DNA of 64,000 bases, taken from Hemiscyllium ocellatum (Eukaryota). The notes under the pieces were generated by a model that saw nothing but the letters and a program-made list of their open reading frames with translations, was not told where the DNA came from and did no database searches. Below, piece after piece: positions 61,101 through 64,000 of this stretch (position 1 is its first letter; each line of letters opens with the position of its first letter). Where the stretch lies: positions 134,227,740 to 134,291,739 of the forward strand of contig NC_083401.1 in NCBI RefSeq assembly GCF_020745735.1, given 5' to 3'. A program made the translations under genes and the position numbers.

Positions 61101-64000
61101 CCCTCCTTCCTTTTAATCACTCATTGATTTCCCACCAAAAAGTTCATCTCTTTCAGAAAGTGCTAGAGAATCTCAGCTGATTGGCAGTACTTGTGGAAAC
61201 AGAGCTACTGTTGGGTCCAATGTACTCTGCCTTAGAACTAGTTCTCCTCAATAGTCCCCATTTGCACCATTCTGGCATTGGCTTTCCCTCCCACCTGCCA
61301 GTCAGGTCATTGGTCTGGCCAGCAATTGGGTGGCAAATGGAGAAAAACATTGTGCTATAATTGCTGCTATATTTGGCTGAGTGTTTGTATTTCTGCGATC
61401 CATGGGGTTACATCCTGTAAACACTCTTCTCTGCTCTCTCCCTCCATACTTTCACATTATTATTGGGGTCAGTGTTAAGTCACTGTCCATCTCAGAATTG
61501 CCCATAATTATAAATCTATTTCTGCGGTAACTCAGGTTTCCTGCACCTTTGAACCACAAATCACTGCATTTGTCCTATCAATTGTTATCCACTTTTCTCT
61601 TTTGCAATCTTCATATCTTGAGAATTCTCTTACTTTGCTATGAGCAGCACAATCTGGATAATATGAGGAAGAATTCCCTCAGAGAATGTCATCAACTGCA
61701 AGCACAGACATCCTCTTTTCCAGGTCTCACTCAACCCTGATCAGTTATTGCAAATATCTTGTCCCTGGATACTTTGAGGGTCCATAATGTTCACTCATGA
61801 TGGTTTTCCCGCAAATGCCTTTCTTTTGTGTCTAGTTACTTAATGTAGGAAATGTTAGCATGAACCAAGCACAAAATTCTTGGCCAAAATCAAACTCCAC
61901 GTATTCACTTCACACTTATTTTAATTAGTATTGTCATGATCACTGAGTGACTAGATTGCTCGTTGGGAAAAAAATGGCTCTCGGGAGGACTACACCAGCA
62001 ATGATAGCACATAATTTTGAACCATCAGTGAGAGATCATAGTAGATTTATTGGAGAGATAATCTGTAAGGGGTAAATCCATTAGTTTGGAAATGCAGTCT
62101 GCCAGTTGACAGAGATTATACGAGCCTAATGGAGAAATTACTACCTGCAAAAAAAAGAAATAGAAAGAGAGAGCAAAAAGGGGAGAAATTTAAATTTTAA
62201 AAGTAAACATTTTTAAAATCTCCAAAAACAATTCACAGCTTGAAGAAACGAGACTCCATACTTACATTTGCACACTTTCTGATTAAGAGAGGCTGATTGG
62301 TTATCATTAATGTTCTTAAAGGGATACTTATGCTATTAACTCCTGAATTTAACTTTCTGGAGATGCGTTTAATGGGAAATTAATTTGCAAGCATAACAAC
62401 TCCATTGAAGTTGAAGATGACGAAGTATAAAATGTCATTTTCTTAAGCTAATGGTGTATGGTGTAAATCAAGCTGTAATTTGTGACAGTTCATGGGGTAT
62501 CTATCCATTTCCAACACCCACTACCAATTAGTGTATGAATAGTGACATGACTTGCTATCAGGTTTTTGTCAAAACGTAGCACAAGCTTTCATGAAAAAAA
62601 ATGCCACTGTTCAGCTCTGATCTGAATATTGAGTTGCAACTCATTTATTTCAAACTCTGATATCAATACTTTATGAACTATGGAGGGCAAGGTTTTCTGA
62701 TTGGATCTATATAGATAATGATTGTTATAGGTGTTATGATGTAAGTGTTCGGATTGTCTAGCCTTGGTTTTCTAGTGTAGAATTCTATGACACCAGAATC
62801 CAGAAACCTCCTGGAGTCTGGTGTGATGTTACATAACTGATTTAATCATGTTCCCCTGTGGTAAGATTGAACCGCTGGAAAGTTCTGAGCAACAAAGCTC
62901 TGTCTGTTTGTTAAATAAATGAACTATTCTTGTTAAATTCTTGAACTGGAATTATACCATACCATGTCGAACTGTGTAATACAGGCGGCAGCACCCCAAC
63001 TTAGTATCAGAGCACATTCAAGCGAAAAGGCCGTATCTTCAAGATCATCAGACTCTACAGTAGAACTTAAATCCAATGTAGTACCTACATTTAAAACGGT
63101 CTCTCTGTGCTGGGCAGATTATACCAATGTTCAGCTTTTCAATGTTACCACCAAGCCGGGTGGGGTTGAGAGTGTAGCTTTCCAATACACTGGACTGGTT
63201 ACAAGGGGGTTCGAAAGCAGAGGATACCTTGCAACATGTTTGAAAAGAGCTCCAGCCTGAAATCATCTTCAGTGATAACAGGCACTTTCTTTTTGACTTG
63301 CGCTTGGATATAAAGAGTCCCTTGGACTCAACACCGAGAGATGAGTCGGACGGGAGGGTTGGGAAGGTCAGGGAGTCAGAGCCCGTTCGATTTCGACCCT
63401 TTCAATATGAAGATCTGCCCTGTATAACTCGTGCTGTGTTTGTTGCAAACTGGCAATGCTACACAAATACACCTTAAACCGATGCGGAGTTGCATTTAAA
63501 CCAACAAATGTAAAAGAGTGGGAATTAGGACTTGTTTATGTTCTGGTTCGAAGGAACATCGCTGCGGTCTGCTAAAATAGTCCTGTCTACCTCCCAACTG
63601 AAGCAGAACTGGAGCCTCCCCACACAGACTGGCACCCAATGTGTACCTGGTCCATTCTTCCCTGGCCCTCTTTAACAAGGCAGAACCTGGTCTTTTTTGA
63701 TTATCCCGTGCATCGCCTGACCCCCGAGCCCGCAGATAAATGTATTTTCCTTGTTTGAAAATGTAGACCACGGTAAGCTGAATAAACACTTCCACATTCC
63801 TGCACGGATGGAAGCGCGCCGAGATATGCGGATATTTTCAGGCAATGGCTCAAGACGAGACCATGTCAGCTTCACTTCTTAAAAGGCAGGCGACAGGTGC
63901 CAGCGGTTTGAGGAGGTATAAATCTGTGAGAATTAACTTGTCGAGTTTTGAGGATAAATCGGGCATGCCTCAGATTCGGATTACCCTTTGTAGACTAGAA

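Noticed and set aside
62964-63875. ORFs at the right edge as PRDM8 exons
   Set aside because: No PR/SET or C2H2 zinc-finger motif in any listed frame.

Overview
Vertebrate genomic DNA, almost certainly from a shark (inferred from HE1-type tRNA-derived SINEs and HER1/CR1 LINEs). The one protein-coding gene I can support is a complete 3-exon FGF5 on the minus strand: exons 21417-21144, 19974-19871 and 11724-11374, 729 nt, 242 aa, canonical GT-AG introns, with a TATA box and a uORF. The rest is intron and intergenic sequence dense in nested transposable elements: CR1, Rex1/Babar and Tx1 LINE fragments, SINEs, a solo LTR, Harbinger fossils, a tRNA-Asp pseudogene and two families of Penelope-like elements (PLEs). 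The most interesting non-genic signals are: (1) both PLE families carry a minimal hammerhead-ribozyme motif with an extra A after the CUGANGA box; (2) these PLEs left very short insertions, namely fold-back hairpins with an unpaired 33-45 nt tail (two of three with clear TSDs) and one apparent 35-nt tail-only insertion; (3) three separate local template-switch-like rearrangements lie upstream of FGF5. All alignments were done by eye, and family names come from recognising motifs, not from database searches.
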